From: Nannocystales bacterium
Lineage (GTDB): Bacteria; Myxococcota_A; Polyangia; Nannocystales; Nannocystaceae
Assembly (NCBI GenBank): GCA_050633305.1
Contig: JBOEGF010000042.1
Span: 63,408 to 127,407 of the forward strand
Direction of reading: 5' to 3'
DNA: 64,000 nt
The notes beneath the pieces were generated by a model that saw nothing but the letters and a program-made list of their open reading frames with translations, was not told the DNA's origin and ran no database searches. The translations under genes were made by a program, and so were the position numbers. Below, piece after piece: positions 29,528 to 38,521 of this stretch; within the stretch, counting starts at the first letter, position 1; the number at the start of each line of letters is the position of its first letter.

Positions 29528-29986
29528 ATGAAGATGCGAATCGAACACGTCAACCTGGTCGTCGACGACATTCCGTCGACGCTTGCGTTTCTTCGGGCCG
29601 CACTGCCCTCCTGGGATGTCCGCGGTGAGGGCGATGGACACTGGTACGGCACGCCGCGCAAGTGGCTGCACTTCGGCGACTCCCACCACTACATCACCCT
29701 CAACGACCACGGGAGCGGCCCCAATCGCGACCTCCGTGGGCTCAGCGTCGGGTTGGCGCACATCGGGATGGAAGTCGACGACGTCGACGCAGTGGTGGAG
29801 AGGCTTCGCGCAGCCGGGCACGAGCCCACCACGATCGGCGCCGACCACCCCCACCGAAAAACCGTCTACTTCTCTGAGCCCGCCGGATTCGAGTTCGAGT
29901 TCATCCAATACCTCTCCGACGATCCCCAGGAGCGCAACCTGTACGGTGGCGAGACATCCGGCGTCTCCCGCGTCTCGACACCGTAG
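29528..29986 (+). CDS. VOC (glyoxalase) family protein
   Basis: IEHVNLVV, LAHIGMEV, FEFEF; divergent from LysR. Confidence 0.9.
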   Translation: MKMRIEHVNLVVDDIPSTLAFLRAALPSWDVRGEGDGHWYGTPRKWLHFGDSHHYITLNDHGSGPNRDLRGLSVGLAHIGMEVDDVDAVVERLRAAGHEPTTIGADHPHRKTVYFSEPAGFEFEFIQYLSDDPQERNLYGGETSGVSRVSTP

Positions 29987-30005
29987 AGACGGAGTGTGGC
30001 GGAGT

Positions 30006-30482
30006 CTATGAGGGGTCCCCGCTGCTCTCCAGCAGGCCAGAGTTGAGCCGACCCGCGATGTCGTGCAGCCCAGTTCCGAGCGAGTCCCCCAGCAGGGCCT
30101 CCACCTCTCGCTGCGCGGCGCGCCATGCTGGGTAAGCTTCCAGCAAGGTGTCCTCGCCCACCGCCGTGAGACGGACGCCATAGCTGCGGCCGTCCTCGAC
30201 CTCGACCGTCTGGACCCAGCCGCGCTCGATCATCCGATCGAGCGTTCGGCTCACCGTGGACTTCTCCAGGTCCAGGGCCTGCCCCAGTGCTCGCGGGGTG
30301 ACCAGCTCGGCTTTTGCGATCGCCGTCAACAAGGTGACCTGGGTGTTCCGAAGCCCGAGCGGTCGAAGCTGTCGGTCGAAGATTCCCGACACCACGCGTT
30401 CGATCACCCTGGCGCGTAGCCCGAGGCAGTTGGTCGACACGTCGCGCACCGCCCGCTTGAGTCGGGTTTTCGATGTGCCCAC
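30006..30482 (-). CDS. MarR family transcriptional regulator
   Basis: CLGLRAR, LDLEKSTVSRTL, DGR...LT..G. Confidence 0.9.
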   Translation of the reverse strand: MGTSKTRLKRAVRDVSTNCLGLRARVIERVVSGIFDRQLRPLGLRNTQVTLLTAIAKAELVTPRALGQALDLEKSTVSRTLDRMIERGWVQTVEVEDGRSYGVRLTAVGEDTLLEAYPAWRAAQREVEALLGDSLGTGLHDIAGRLNSGLLESSGDPS

Positions 30483-30544
30483 GCCCGTAGACTACCCCTG
30501 TTCGCCACCCGACGCCCCAAGACTGGCAAGCACCCGTTGTTAAT

Positions 30545-30560
30545 GGTTGTATATGCAACC
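30545..30560. promoter_or_regulatory. Palindromic operator (probable MarR box)
   Basis: GGTTGTATATGCAACC near-perfect dyad abutting ATG 30561, between divergent genes. Confidence 0.7.
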
Positions 30561-31946
30561 ATGTCGAAGAGCCCCGAACCATCGCGCACCCCGCGACCCA
30601 AGTCCCTCGGTCGTCTGGGGTCTCGTCCCGACGTCCTCCGGGTCCTCCAGCGCGGTTCGGGCCCAGACCGGCCCCGCGCGACGCTGGAAAAGCTACGTGC
30701 GCTCTGCCTCGACGCAGGGGCCGCCGATGCCGGCGTGGTGGCCCTGGACCGAGTGGAGGTCGATGCTGACCGCGATGACATCCTCGCCGCGATGCCGACG
30801 GCGCGAACTCTGCTGAGCTTCGTTGTCAGCATGAACCCCGCGTCGATCCAGTCCCCTTCCCGCTCGGTCGCCAACCTCGAGTTCCATCACGCCGGCGACG
30901 AGACCAACGAGATCGCTCGCCGCATCATCGAGGGGTTGCGGGAATTCGGAGGCCGGGCGCTCAACCCGGCCATGGGATTCCCGATGGAGATGCACCGCTT
31001 CCCGGGGAAGATCTGGGTCGTCAGCCACAAACGCATCGCCGAGGCCGCCGGGCTGGGCAAGATGGGCATCCATCGCAACCTCATCCACCCTCGATTGGGC
31101 AACTTCATCCTCTTGGGTACCGTCATCACCGACCTCGAGATCGAAGCCGAGCAGCAGTCACACCCCATCGACTACAACCCCTGTCTCGAGTGCAAGCTCT
31201 GTGTCGCGGCCTGCCCGGTCGGTGCGATCAAGCCCGACGGCGAGTTCGACTTCTCCGCCTGCTACGTCCACAACTATCGGGAATTCATGGGCGGGTTCAC
31301 CGATTGGGTCGAACAGGTGGTCGAGTCCAAAGACCGCGCCGAGTACCGACGGCGGGTTGGGGACGCGGACTCGGCCAGCATGTGGCAGAGCCTCTCGTTT
31401 GGGGCCAACTACAAGGCCGCGTATTGCATGGCGGTGTGCCCCGCCGGCGAAGACGTACTCGCGCCGTACCTCGAATCGAAGAAGGCGTGGAAGCAAGGCG
31501 TCCTCGACCCGCTCGTCCGCAAAGAGGAGACGCTGTATGTGTTGGGCAACAGCGACGCACGGGACCATGCCGAGAAGCGGTTTCCCCACAAGCCCACCAA
31601 GGTCGTGCACTCCAACCTGCGACCCACGTCGGTCTGGGGGTTCTTTCGTGGCGCCCCGCTCTCGTTTCAGCGCGGCCGAGCGAAGGATCTGCCGCGCACC
31701 ATCTATCACTTCGAGTTCACCGGACGAGAAACGGCCGAGATGACGTTCGTGGTCGACGGAGGCTCGCTCGAAACAAGCGAGGGTTTGGTCGGCGATCCCG
31801 ACCTTCGCGTGACCGCGGACTCCGATGCGTGGCTGCAGTTCCTCGCAGGAGAGCGCAACCCCGTGTGGGCCCTGGTCACCCGCAAGTTCCGTCTCAAAGG
31901 CCCGGTGGCGCTGCTCAAGCAGTTCGGGGCTTGCTTCGCATCCTGA
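30561..31946 (+). CDS. QueG/reductive-dehalogenase-like 4Fe-4S protein fused to an SCP2 sterol-binding domain
   Basis: SHKRIAEAAGLGKMG..R.LIHP..G, CLECKLCVAACP, YCMAVCP; C-terminal SCP2 pattern (DLRVTADSDAW...FRLKGP). Confidence 0.85.
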   Translation: MSKSPEPSRTPRPKSLGRLGSRPDVLRVLQRGSGPDRPRATLEKLRALCLDAGAADAGVVALDRVEVDADRDDILAAMPTARTLLSFVVSMNPASIQSPSRSVANLEFHHAGDETNEIARRIIEGLREFGGRALNPAMGFPMEMHRFPGKIWVVSHKRIAEAAGLGKMGIHRNLIHPRLGNFILLGTVITDLEIEAEQQSHPIDYNPCLECKLCVAACPVGAIKPDGEFDFSACYVHNYREFMGGFTDWVEQVVESKDRAEYRRRVGDADSASMWQSLSFGANYKAAYCMAVCPAGEDVLAPYLESKKAWKQGVLDPLVRKEETLYVLGNSDARDHAEKRFPHKPTKVVHSNLRPTSVWGFFRGAPLSFQRGRAKDLPRTIYHFEFTGRETAEMTFVVDGGSLETSEGLVGDPDLRVTADSDAWLQFLAGERNPVWALVTRKFRLKGPVALLKQFGACFAS

Positions 31947-32199
31947 GCAGTCGCTCGGCCCCACGCCGTACAACTTCCGGCCGCGCGTCCATCGTCTTCG
32001 TTTCGGTTCGTGCCTGTGCTGATCGGTGCCTTAGCATCGTCGACGCGACCATGATCTCTGCTCCAACGCGTCCCCTCATCTGCGAGAGCTGTGGCGGTCC
32101 CCTCCCCTCGCGCAACTCCGGCGGCAGCCCTCGCCAGACAGGGACACACGACCAAGACGTCGGGGCGAATCGGCGAGCACAGGATCCCTTGGGAGCGAT

Positions 32200-32721
32200 G
32201 TGCCAAGCCCGGTAGACCAGTACCGAGTCCGCGTTGCCGCGCAAGCCGACTGCAATGAGTTGGCCCGAATGCGATGCGCGCTCGCGGACACCATGGAGTC
32301 CGAGAACCGCAACATCTGGCCGATGACAGACGCGCGAAAAGCCGGCCTGCCCGAGTTCTTCGCGGGGTGCATTCGCGATCCCGATGTCGGCATTTGGGTC
32401 GTCGACTCGGTACTCCGCGGCGAAGCAACAACGGTCGCGACCGTGACCGCCCGCATTCGGAAGGACCGAGACGTTGCGTGGGTCGGAGTGGTCGACGATG
32501 CGTGGGTGGACTCCGAGCATCGCGGACAGGGGCTGTGTCGTCGGCTGATGGGCGAGCTGGTGGCCTTCTTCCGCCAACGCGAAATCACCGACCTCACGCT
32601 CGGGTTTGTCCACGGAGGCGCGGCGGGCGAGCTCTGGCAGCGCTTCGGGTTTCGTCCGGTGGTGGTGGTCGCCAACGCCAAAATCGACCAGCTCGACCTT
32701 GGCCCCGTCGACGACCCATAG
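32200..32721 (+). CDS. GNAT family N-acetyltransferase
   Basis: WVDSEHRGQGLCRRLM (motif A), LWQRFGF. Confidence 0.85.
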   Translation: MPSPVDQYRVRVAAQADCNELARMRCALADTMESENRNIWPMTDARKAGLPEFFAGCIRDPDVGIWVVDSVLRGEATTVATVTARIRKDRDVAWVGVVDDAWVDSEHRGQGLCRRLMGELVAFFRQREITDLTLGFVHGGAAGELWQRFGFRPVVVVANAKIDQLDLGPVDDP

Positions 32722-32762
32722 CGCATGGAAGTCTTCCCGCTCGATCGCCTATCCTCCCACCC

Positions 32763-33269
32763 GTGTCCGCAACGATTCGCACCGTCCTTCTGACCCTATC
32801 TGTCGGGTTCGCCCTTCTCGGCTGCGACCGAGCTGGCGATGACAGCAAGTCCGCAACCGCAGCACCCGCGAACGTCTCCGGAGCGGACCCGTTCCAGATT
32901 GTCGAGGTTGAGAACAAGGGCGATCTGCAAGCCGTACTCGCCACCCACGTCGCAAAGGCCAAGGAAGCCGGGCTCCAACCGTACGTCGAGTTCTGGGCGG
33001 ATTGGTGTCCGCCCTGCAAGGCGATCGAAGCGTCGATGAAGGAACCCGCAATGCGCGAAGCGTTCTCGGGCGCATACCTGATCCGACTCGATACCGACCA
33101 CTGGGGCTCCAAGCTGGAGGGCAGCGGCATGGACGCAGCGTCGATTCCCGTGTTCTTCGAGCTCGATGCGAAGGGCAAGCCAACCGGGCGCAAGATCGAC
33201 GGGGGCGCCTGGGGAGACAACACCCCCGAAAACATGGCCCCTCCCCTCAACGCGTTCTTTCACCCGTAG
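32763..33269 (+). CDS. Thioredoxin-fold lipoprotein
   Basis: LLGC lipobox; WCPPC active site. Confidence 0.88.
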   Translation: MSATIRTVLLTLSVGFALLGCDRAGDDSKSATAAPANVSGADPFQIVEVENKGDLQAVLATHVAKAKEAGLQPYVEFWADWCPPCKAIEASMKEPAMREAFSGAYLIRLDTDHWGSKLEGSGMDAASIPVFFELDAKGKPTGRKIDGGAWGDNTPENMAPPLNAFFHP

Positions 33270-33339
33270 AGGAAGGCCGACTCCGACATGGGCGTGTACT
33301 CGCTCGAGTTCCCGGCGGCTTCGCGCTATCGTCGAAGCG

Positions 33340-34015
33340 GTGGCAAAGCCGCGCAGTTCGAGCAGGGCCCAAGAGTTAGGCCCGGGGTACGAAGCTCGAG
33401 TCTACAAGGTCGATCAGCAGTACCGCGACAGCAGCGAGGCCAGCACCAACCAGTTCTACCGGTGGATTCGGGTGAAGAACTCGGGCGGCATTCGCCCGCT
33501 GATGCGAGCCGATCGCTCAGGGCTGGCAGCGCTGGTCCTGGTCAGCTCGCACATCAGCGTCGCAACCTACAACCCTTGGGAGGACATCCTCGACCCGCTC
33601 CAAGGACGCATCTGGTACTGGGGCGACGCCAAGGCCCATCCCACCAAGACCCGGGACGAGTTCCAGGGGAACCGCTACTTGCAGCGAATATGGGTCGCCA
33701 TCAACGAGGAGCGCTGGTCCGAGGTTCCGCCGATTCTGCACTTCTCGAAGCCGATGAAGGGTCAGGTCAGATTCAACGGGGTCTGTGTGATGACCGACCT
33801 CACCGATGCACGTCGCGCGGCTCGTCGCACGTCTTCAGCGCGGTGAACACGGCGTGTTCGTGACCAACAGCCACTTCACCACCCAGGCGCAGGAAGAGGT
33901 GTTCGAAGACCGCTATCCCGTGGAGCTCCTGCACGGCGGACGGCTCACGAGCCTGCTCGCGCACTGCGGCGCCACACGCAACGGCAGCCTGAACCCCAGC
34001 TGGCTCGACGCCTGA
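33340..34015 (+). pseudogene. AspBHI/Mrr-type modification-dependent restriction endonuclease, internally deleted and frameshifted
   Basis: N part NSGGIR...NPWED.LD...G.IWYWGDAK...PPILHF...F.G joined out of frame near 33803 to C-terminal VARLVARL..GEHGVFVT.S.FT.QAQEEV.ED.YPV; start approximate. Confidence 0.75.
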
Positions 34016-34071
34016 GTTCCCTAGATCGTCCAGCTCTGGACGCATCTGTGATGCTCCGATAGCGTGCCGCG

Positions 34072-34719
34072 ATGAGACTCGGCCCTCTGTTCGCCCTCGC
34101 GTGTGTGGTCGGGTGCAAAACGGCTCCTAGCGAGCCAGCCGGGGCAGTTGAATCGCCCCAGACCGTCGACGAGAAGCCGGAGATCGTCGAGCCTGCACAG
34201 CCGGAGCTTCCCGTCGCGAAGGGCGACGCCGAAGAGGACGACCGCGACCCCGAACAGCTGTTTTGCGAGAAGCTCACGGAGTTGATGATCGCCAGCCGTG
34301 GGTCCAACCCCGACCCCAGCAGTCGACAAGAGCTGGTCGAAACCTGTGTCGCCAACGCGCGTCGCAAGCGTTCCGAAACACCCGCGGTGTTCGACCGCGA
34401 GGTTGAGTGCATCTCGCGCGCGTCCGACCTCGGGGCCTTCTTCGACTGCGCCCTCGACGATCCCGCTCGCCCCAGGTCGGGTGGGGACCAGCGCTTCGGG
34501 CCCCTGTGCGAAAAACTGGCCAAGCTCGCTCGGGACGAGCCGGACTTCCCCGAGGAAGCGAAACGCGAACTTCAAGACACTGCCCGGTGCGCAGCCGATG
34601 CCCGGATGGAGCACAGTGCCGCGCCACAAGCGTTCGAGCAGATCGAGCGATGCATCCTCGCCGCAAGCGGGATGCGAGCCGCAGCGGAGTGCACCGCGGC
34701 CGGGCTCGACGCAAGGTGA
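34072..34719 (+). CDS. Cys-rich hypothetical lipoprotein
   Basis: VVGC lipobox; two internal repeats beginning CEKL with paired Cys. Confidence 0.75.
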   Translation: MRLGPLFALACVVGCKTAPSEPAGAVESPQTVDEKPEIVEPAQPELPVAKGDAEEDDRDPEQLFCEKLTELMIASRGSNPDPSSRQELVETCVANARRKRSETPAVFDREVECISRASDLGAFFDCALDDPARPRSGGDQRFGPLCEKLAKLARDEPDFPEEAKRELQDTARCAADARMEHSAAPQAFEQIERCILAASGMRAAAECTAAGLDAR

Positions 34720-34738
34720 CCTGGCCTTCGGGGCCGAG

Positions 34739-34891
34739 ATGGCCGACATCGACACGTCCATCTTGGAGGGCCGCAACGAATGGAAGAAAGAGCCTGAGAG
34801 CTTCGACCAGTTCGGCTCGTGCCTTCTCCGGCCAGACCTGTCCACGCCGCAAGACGTGATTCAACGGGCGCTTGCAGCTGAGCGGCTGTAG
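34739..34891 (+). CDS. Small ORF (50 aa) or gene remnant
   Basis: MADIDTSILEGRNEWKKEPESFDQFG...; coding-like codon usage; fills the gap before leuA. Confidence 0.35.
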   Translation: MADIDTSILEGRNEWKKEPESFDQFGSCLLRPDLSTPQDVIQRALAAERL

Positions 34892-34903
34892 TACGCTCCG
34901 CTC

Positions 34904-36184
34904 ATGGCCGACAGCGGAGCCCAGGACACCCCCGACACCAACCTCGGCGACCTGATCTTCGACTGGAACACACGCAACCGCAAGGGACCCCTGTCCCCGC
35001 TTCAGCGCAAGAAGCTCTCGTTCTTCGACGAGACCCTGCGTGACGGAATCCAGTCGCCGTCCGTCCGTGACCCGAGCATCGAAGAGAAGCAAGAGATCCT
35101 CCGCCTCACCGCGAGCTTGGGCATCGACGCGGTCGACCTCGGACTCCCCGGTGCGGGTGCCCGCGCGGTCAAAGATGTCACCGCACTCATCGGGTACGCG
35201 CAACAAGAGAAGCTCGGCATCGAGTTCGCGTGCGCCGGACGGACCCACGCCAACGACATCAACGCGATCGCCGACATCGCGCAGAAGACCGGCGAGGCGA
35301 TCACCGTGTACGCCTTCCTCGGCAGCAGTCCCATCCGGCTGTACGCCGAGAACTGGCACACCGACCTGTTGCTCGAGCGCACGATCATGGCCGCCGACCT
35401 GTGCCGCAAGCACGAGCTGCCGATGACGTTCGTCACCGAGGACACCACCCGCACCCCGCCCGCGACACTCGACACGCTGTTCCGCGCGGCCGTCGAACAC
35501 GGGGTCACCCGCCTGTGCCTGTGCGACACCGTCGGTCATGCCACTCCCGAGGGCGTGATGGATCTGATCTCCTTCACGCGTCTGTTGCTCGAGTCGATGG
35601 GCGCCGAGCACGTCGGCATCGACTGGCACGGACACAACGATCGCGGCCTGGGAGTGATCAACAACCTGCGGGCCATCGAAGCGGGAGCCGACCGCATTCA
35701 CGGCACCGCGCTCGGCATCGGCGAACGGGTGGGCAACGCGGCGCTCGACCAAACACTCATGAACCTCAAGCTCATGGGCGAACTCGGCGACCGCGACCTG
35801 ACCAACCTCGTGCCATGGTGCCGGACCGTGGCGCGGGCTGTGGGCGTCCCGGTGCCCGGGCAGTACCCGCTCGTCGGCGACGATGCCTTCCGAACTGCGA
35901 CGGGTGTGCACGCTGCAGCGGTCATCAAGGCGATCAACAAGGGGCACGAGGGACTCGCGGACCAGATCTACTCCGGCGTCCCTGCGGGGTGGTTCGGCAA
36001 GCGCCAGTCGATCGAGATCGGCTTCATGTCCGGCGAGAGCAACGTGGTGTACTGGTTGAAGTCGCGGGGTATCGAGCCCGAGGAAGGCTTGGTCAAACAC
36101 ATCTTCGGCGTGGCCAAGAAGACCGACCACATCCTCGACGATGTGGAGGTCAACGCCGCGATCGAGCAGTACCGCGCAGACTGA
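34904..36184 (+). CDS. leuA: 2-isopropylmalate synthase family (DRE-TIM), lacking the C-terminal regulatory domain
   Basis: DETLRDGIQ, HGHND, GIGERVGN; 426 aa. Exact substrate not provable from sequence. Confidence 0.8.
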   Translation: MADSGAQDTPDTNLGDLIFDWNTRNRKGPLSPLQRKKLSFFDETLRDGIQSPSVRDPSIEEKQEILRLTASLGIDAVDLGLPGAGARAVKDVTALIGYAQQEKLGIEFACAGRTHANDINAIADIAQKTGEAITVYAFLGSSPIRLYAENWHTDLLLERTIMAADLCRKHELPMTFVTEDTTRTPPATLDTLFRAAVEHGVTRLCLCDTVGHATPEGVMDLISFTRLLLESMGAEHVGIDWHGHNDRGLGVINNLRAIEAGADRIHGTALGIGERVGNAALDQTLMNLKLMGELGDRDLTNLVPWCRTVARAVGVPVPGQYPLVGDDAFRTATGVHAAAVIKAINKGHEGLADQIYSGVPAGWFGKRQSIEIGFMSGESNVVYWLKSRGIEPEEGLVKHIFGVAKKTDHILDDVEVNAAIEQYRAD

Positions 36185-36201
36185 ACAAAGATCCTTGCAG
36201 C

Positions 36202-36232
36202 CAACTACTAATTTAGTACATATTAGTAGTTG
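36202..36232. promoter_or_regulatory. AT-rich inverted repeat (operator) before the Fic gene
   Basis: CAACTACTAAT-N9-ATTAGTAGTTG perfect 11-bp arms ending 2 nt before ATG 36235. Confidence 0.7.
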
Positions 36233-36234
36233 TC

Positions 36235-37572
36235 ATGAAGATCCCGGCGCGGCCACCGGCATTCCAGGAATGCTTCGCGGCGCTTACGGCGTCGCAACTC
36301 GCTGATTTTGCGGTCTTTTCTAGCGTAGACGATCGAGGTCGCTACCTGCACTGGGACGAGCTCCGCCATCGGATGCCACCGGCGGGCGTGTCACACGAAG
36401 CGTGGTGGGGCGCATTCAAGCTCTCGCGACGTAGCGCATCCAAACCCCTGGGACTGCATGACCCCAGCGGACGGGCCTTCTCCTACAGCCTGCCCGACCA
36501 GGTCCTGCGAAGCCTGCACAGCATCGACAGCAACTCCCACGGCTCGATTGGGATGGCGGGCCAGCTGCGATCCAATCAAGCACGAGACCAGTACATCGTC
36601 ACCTCGCTGATGGAGGAAGCCATCACCTCGAGCCAGCTCGAGGGTGCCTCGACCACGCGCAAAGTCGCAAAGGAGATGCTCCGGACGAAGCGAAAGCCTC
36701 GAACGAAACACGAGCAGATGATCTTCAACAACTATCGGGCCATGGAGTGGGTCCGGGAGCATGTCGAGGAACCCTTGTCACCCGAGCTGCTGTTCGAGCT
36801 GCACCGATACGTGACAGTCGACACCCTCGACGATCCCGACGACGCGGGCAGACTCCGTAGGCCCGACGAGACCATCTTCGTCGTCAGCGATTCCGGCGAG
36901 GTTCTCCACGAACCGCCTCCCGCCGACTCCCTCCCCGACCGACTCGACGCGATGTGTGCGTTCGCGAACGACGATGGAGAGACCGGTCCCTTCCTGCCGC
37001 CGATCGTTCGGGCCATCCTCGTTCACTTCTGGCTCGCCTACGACCACCCCTTTGTAGACGGCAACGGACGCACGGCGCGAGCGCTCTTCTATTGGTCCGC
37101 GCTTCGTTCCAAGTACTGGCTGCTGGAGTTCGTCACCATCTCCAGCGTCATCAAGAAGGCCCCCGCGAAATATGGCCGAGCGTTCCTCCACGCCGAGACC
37201 GACGACAACGACGCGACCTATTTCATCATCCATCAGCTGGACGTCATCACGCGGGCGATCGAAAATCTCAAGGGCTACATCCAGCGCTCCGTCGAGGACC
37301 AGCGAGCCTTCGTCGGAGCCCTGAGAACGTGCAGCCAGTACAACCATCGTCAGACGGCGCTCCTTCGCCACGCCCTACGCCATCCGGGTGCCGACTACAC
37401 GATCGCCGAACATCAGTCGTACCACGCGGTCTCCTACCAGACGGCCCGCACCGACCTGCTCGGGTTGGAGAGCGCTGGACTGCTGCGCTCTTGGAAGCGA
37501 TCCAAAGCGCTGCACTTTGGACCGACGCCAAGCTTTGAGAGCGTCCTACGAGAGACGACAGAGGCCGAGTAG
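36235..37572 (+). CDS. Fic family protein with inhibitory helix and C-terminal winged HTH
   Basis: HPFVDGNGRTAR; SSQLEG inhibitory motif; VSYQTARTDL HTH. Confidence 0.93.
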   Translation: MKIPARPPAFQECFAALTASQLADFAVFSSVDDRGRYLHWDELRHRMPPAGVSHEAWWGAFKLSRRSASKPLGLHDPSGRAFSYSLPDQVLRSLHSIDSNSHGSIGMAGQLRSNQARDQYIVTSLMEEAITSSQLEGASTTRKVAKEMLRTKRKPRTKHEQMIFNNYRAMEWVREHVEEPLSPELLFELHRYVTVDTLDDPDDAGRLRRPDETIFVVSDSGEVLHEPPPADSLPDRLDAMCAFANDDGETGPFLPPIVRAILVHFWLAYDHPFVDGNGRTARALFYWSALRSKYWLLEFVTISSVIKKAPAKYGRAFLHAETDDNDATYFIIHQLDVITRAIENLKGYIQRSVEDQRAFVGALRTCSQYNHRQTALLRHALRHPGADYTIAEHQSYHAVSYQTARTDLLGLESAGLLRSWKRSKALHFGPTPSFESVLRETTEAE

Positions 37573-37621
37573 CCCCGCCGTCGCAGACAGGGCTGCCCGC
37601 GACGGCTGATAGACTTGTGAT

Positions 37622-38173
37622 GTGCTCCGCCGTGTCCTTCTCGTAGCACTGCTCGGTGGCCTCGCTTGCGATGGCTTCCCACTCACGCGGGAGGTTCGAG
37701 TCCAGCGCTTCCCCACCGTAGCCGCGGCCCTCGACCGCGACCCTGAGACCGACGTCCTCGAGTTCACCGCGATCCCGCGACCGGACCTCAAGGGTTGGAA
37801 GACACGTTCGACCGCGCAAACGCGTCATCAGTCGGGGTCGACCCACACGGCGGTGATGATTCCACTCGTCGATCCTGGCTGGACCCCAGACCAGCCAGTC
37901 GCCGTATGGGTCCGCCTCGACGTGAGAACCGACGACCCCGAGAGCCCTGCGATGCAAGCAGAGATCAACGCGTTGCTCGAGGCCGCGGAAGCTGGCCCGC
38001 TACGCGTCAACGCCACGCAGACCCTCCCCGAGAAGGTCGATATGGACGGAACGAACGCATTCACCATCGGCGCCAAGTTGGCGATGAAGGAACATGGGTT
38101 GACCTCGCCGGTGGGCGCCGTCTTGGCCACGTGGCCCGCCAAGACCAAGGGCAAAGTACGCCTCGTCGACTGA
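37622..38173 (+). CDS. Hypothetical lipoprotein
   Basis: MLRRVLLVALLGGLAC lipobox. Confidence 0.7.
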   Translation: MLRRVLLVALLGGLACDGFPLTREVRVQRFPTVAAALDRDPETDVLEFTAIPRPDLKGWKTRSTAQTRHQSGSTHTAVMIPLVDPGWTPDQPVAVWVRLDVRTDDPESPAMQAEINALLEAAEAGPLRVNATQTLPEKVDMDGTNAFTIGAKLAMKEHGLTSPVGAVLATWPAKTKGKVRLVD

Positions 38174-38521
38174 CGGCGGAGCATTCTCCGCATGCGAGAG
38201 AACCCCGAAGCAGGGCGCCGACGACAACCCGTACCGAGCGTGAAGTCGGCGAGTTCGCGTCGGAGCAAGCGGCGGCGTCGGCGGCTTGGTCCGCCCCATC
38301 ATGTTCGAACACCTGCTGATCGACCGACGGCAACGGCGTTGACTGTCTCAAGATCGACCAGCCGTTGTACCGGACCGGGTCGTCTCAACCCGGCCGGCTG
38401 GATCTTGTGCGACCGGTCAAACCCCGATGAGGCAGGATGACCCAGCCCGCAAGACCGACGTCCCAAATCTAAAATGAGATTCGCAGGCACGAAGCGGCGC
38501 AGATCGTAGATAGTGTTGGGC

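Noticed and set aside
30561..31946. Gene symbol queG
   Set aside because: The SCP2 fusion and MarR context make orthology doubtful.
32051..32215. Small ORF with CESC zinc-ribbon half
   Set aside because: Only one CxxC and a non-coding-like remainder; at most a remnant.
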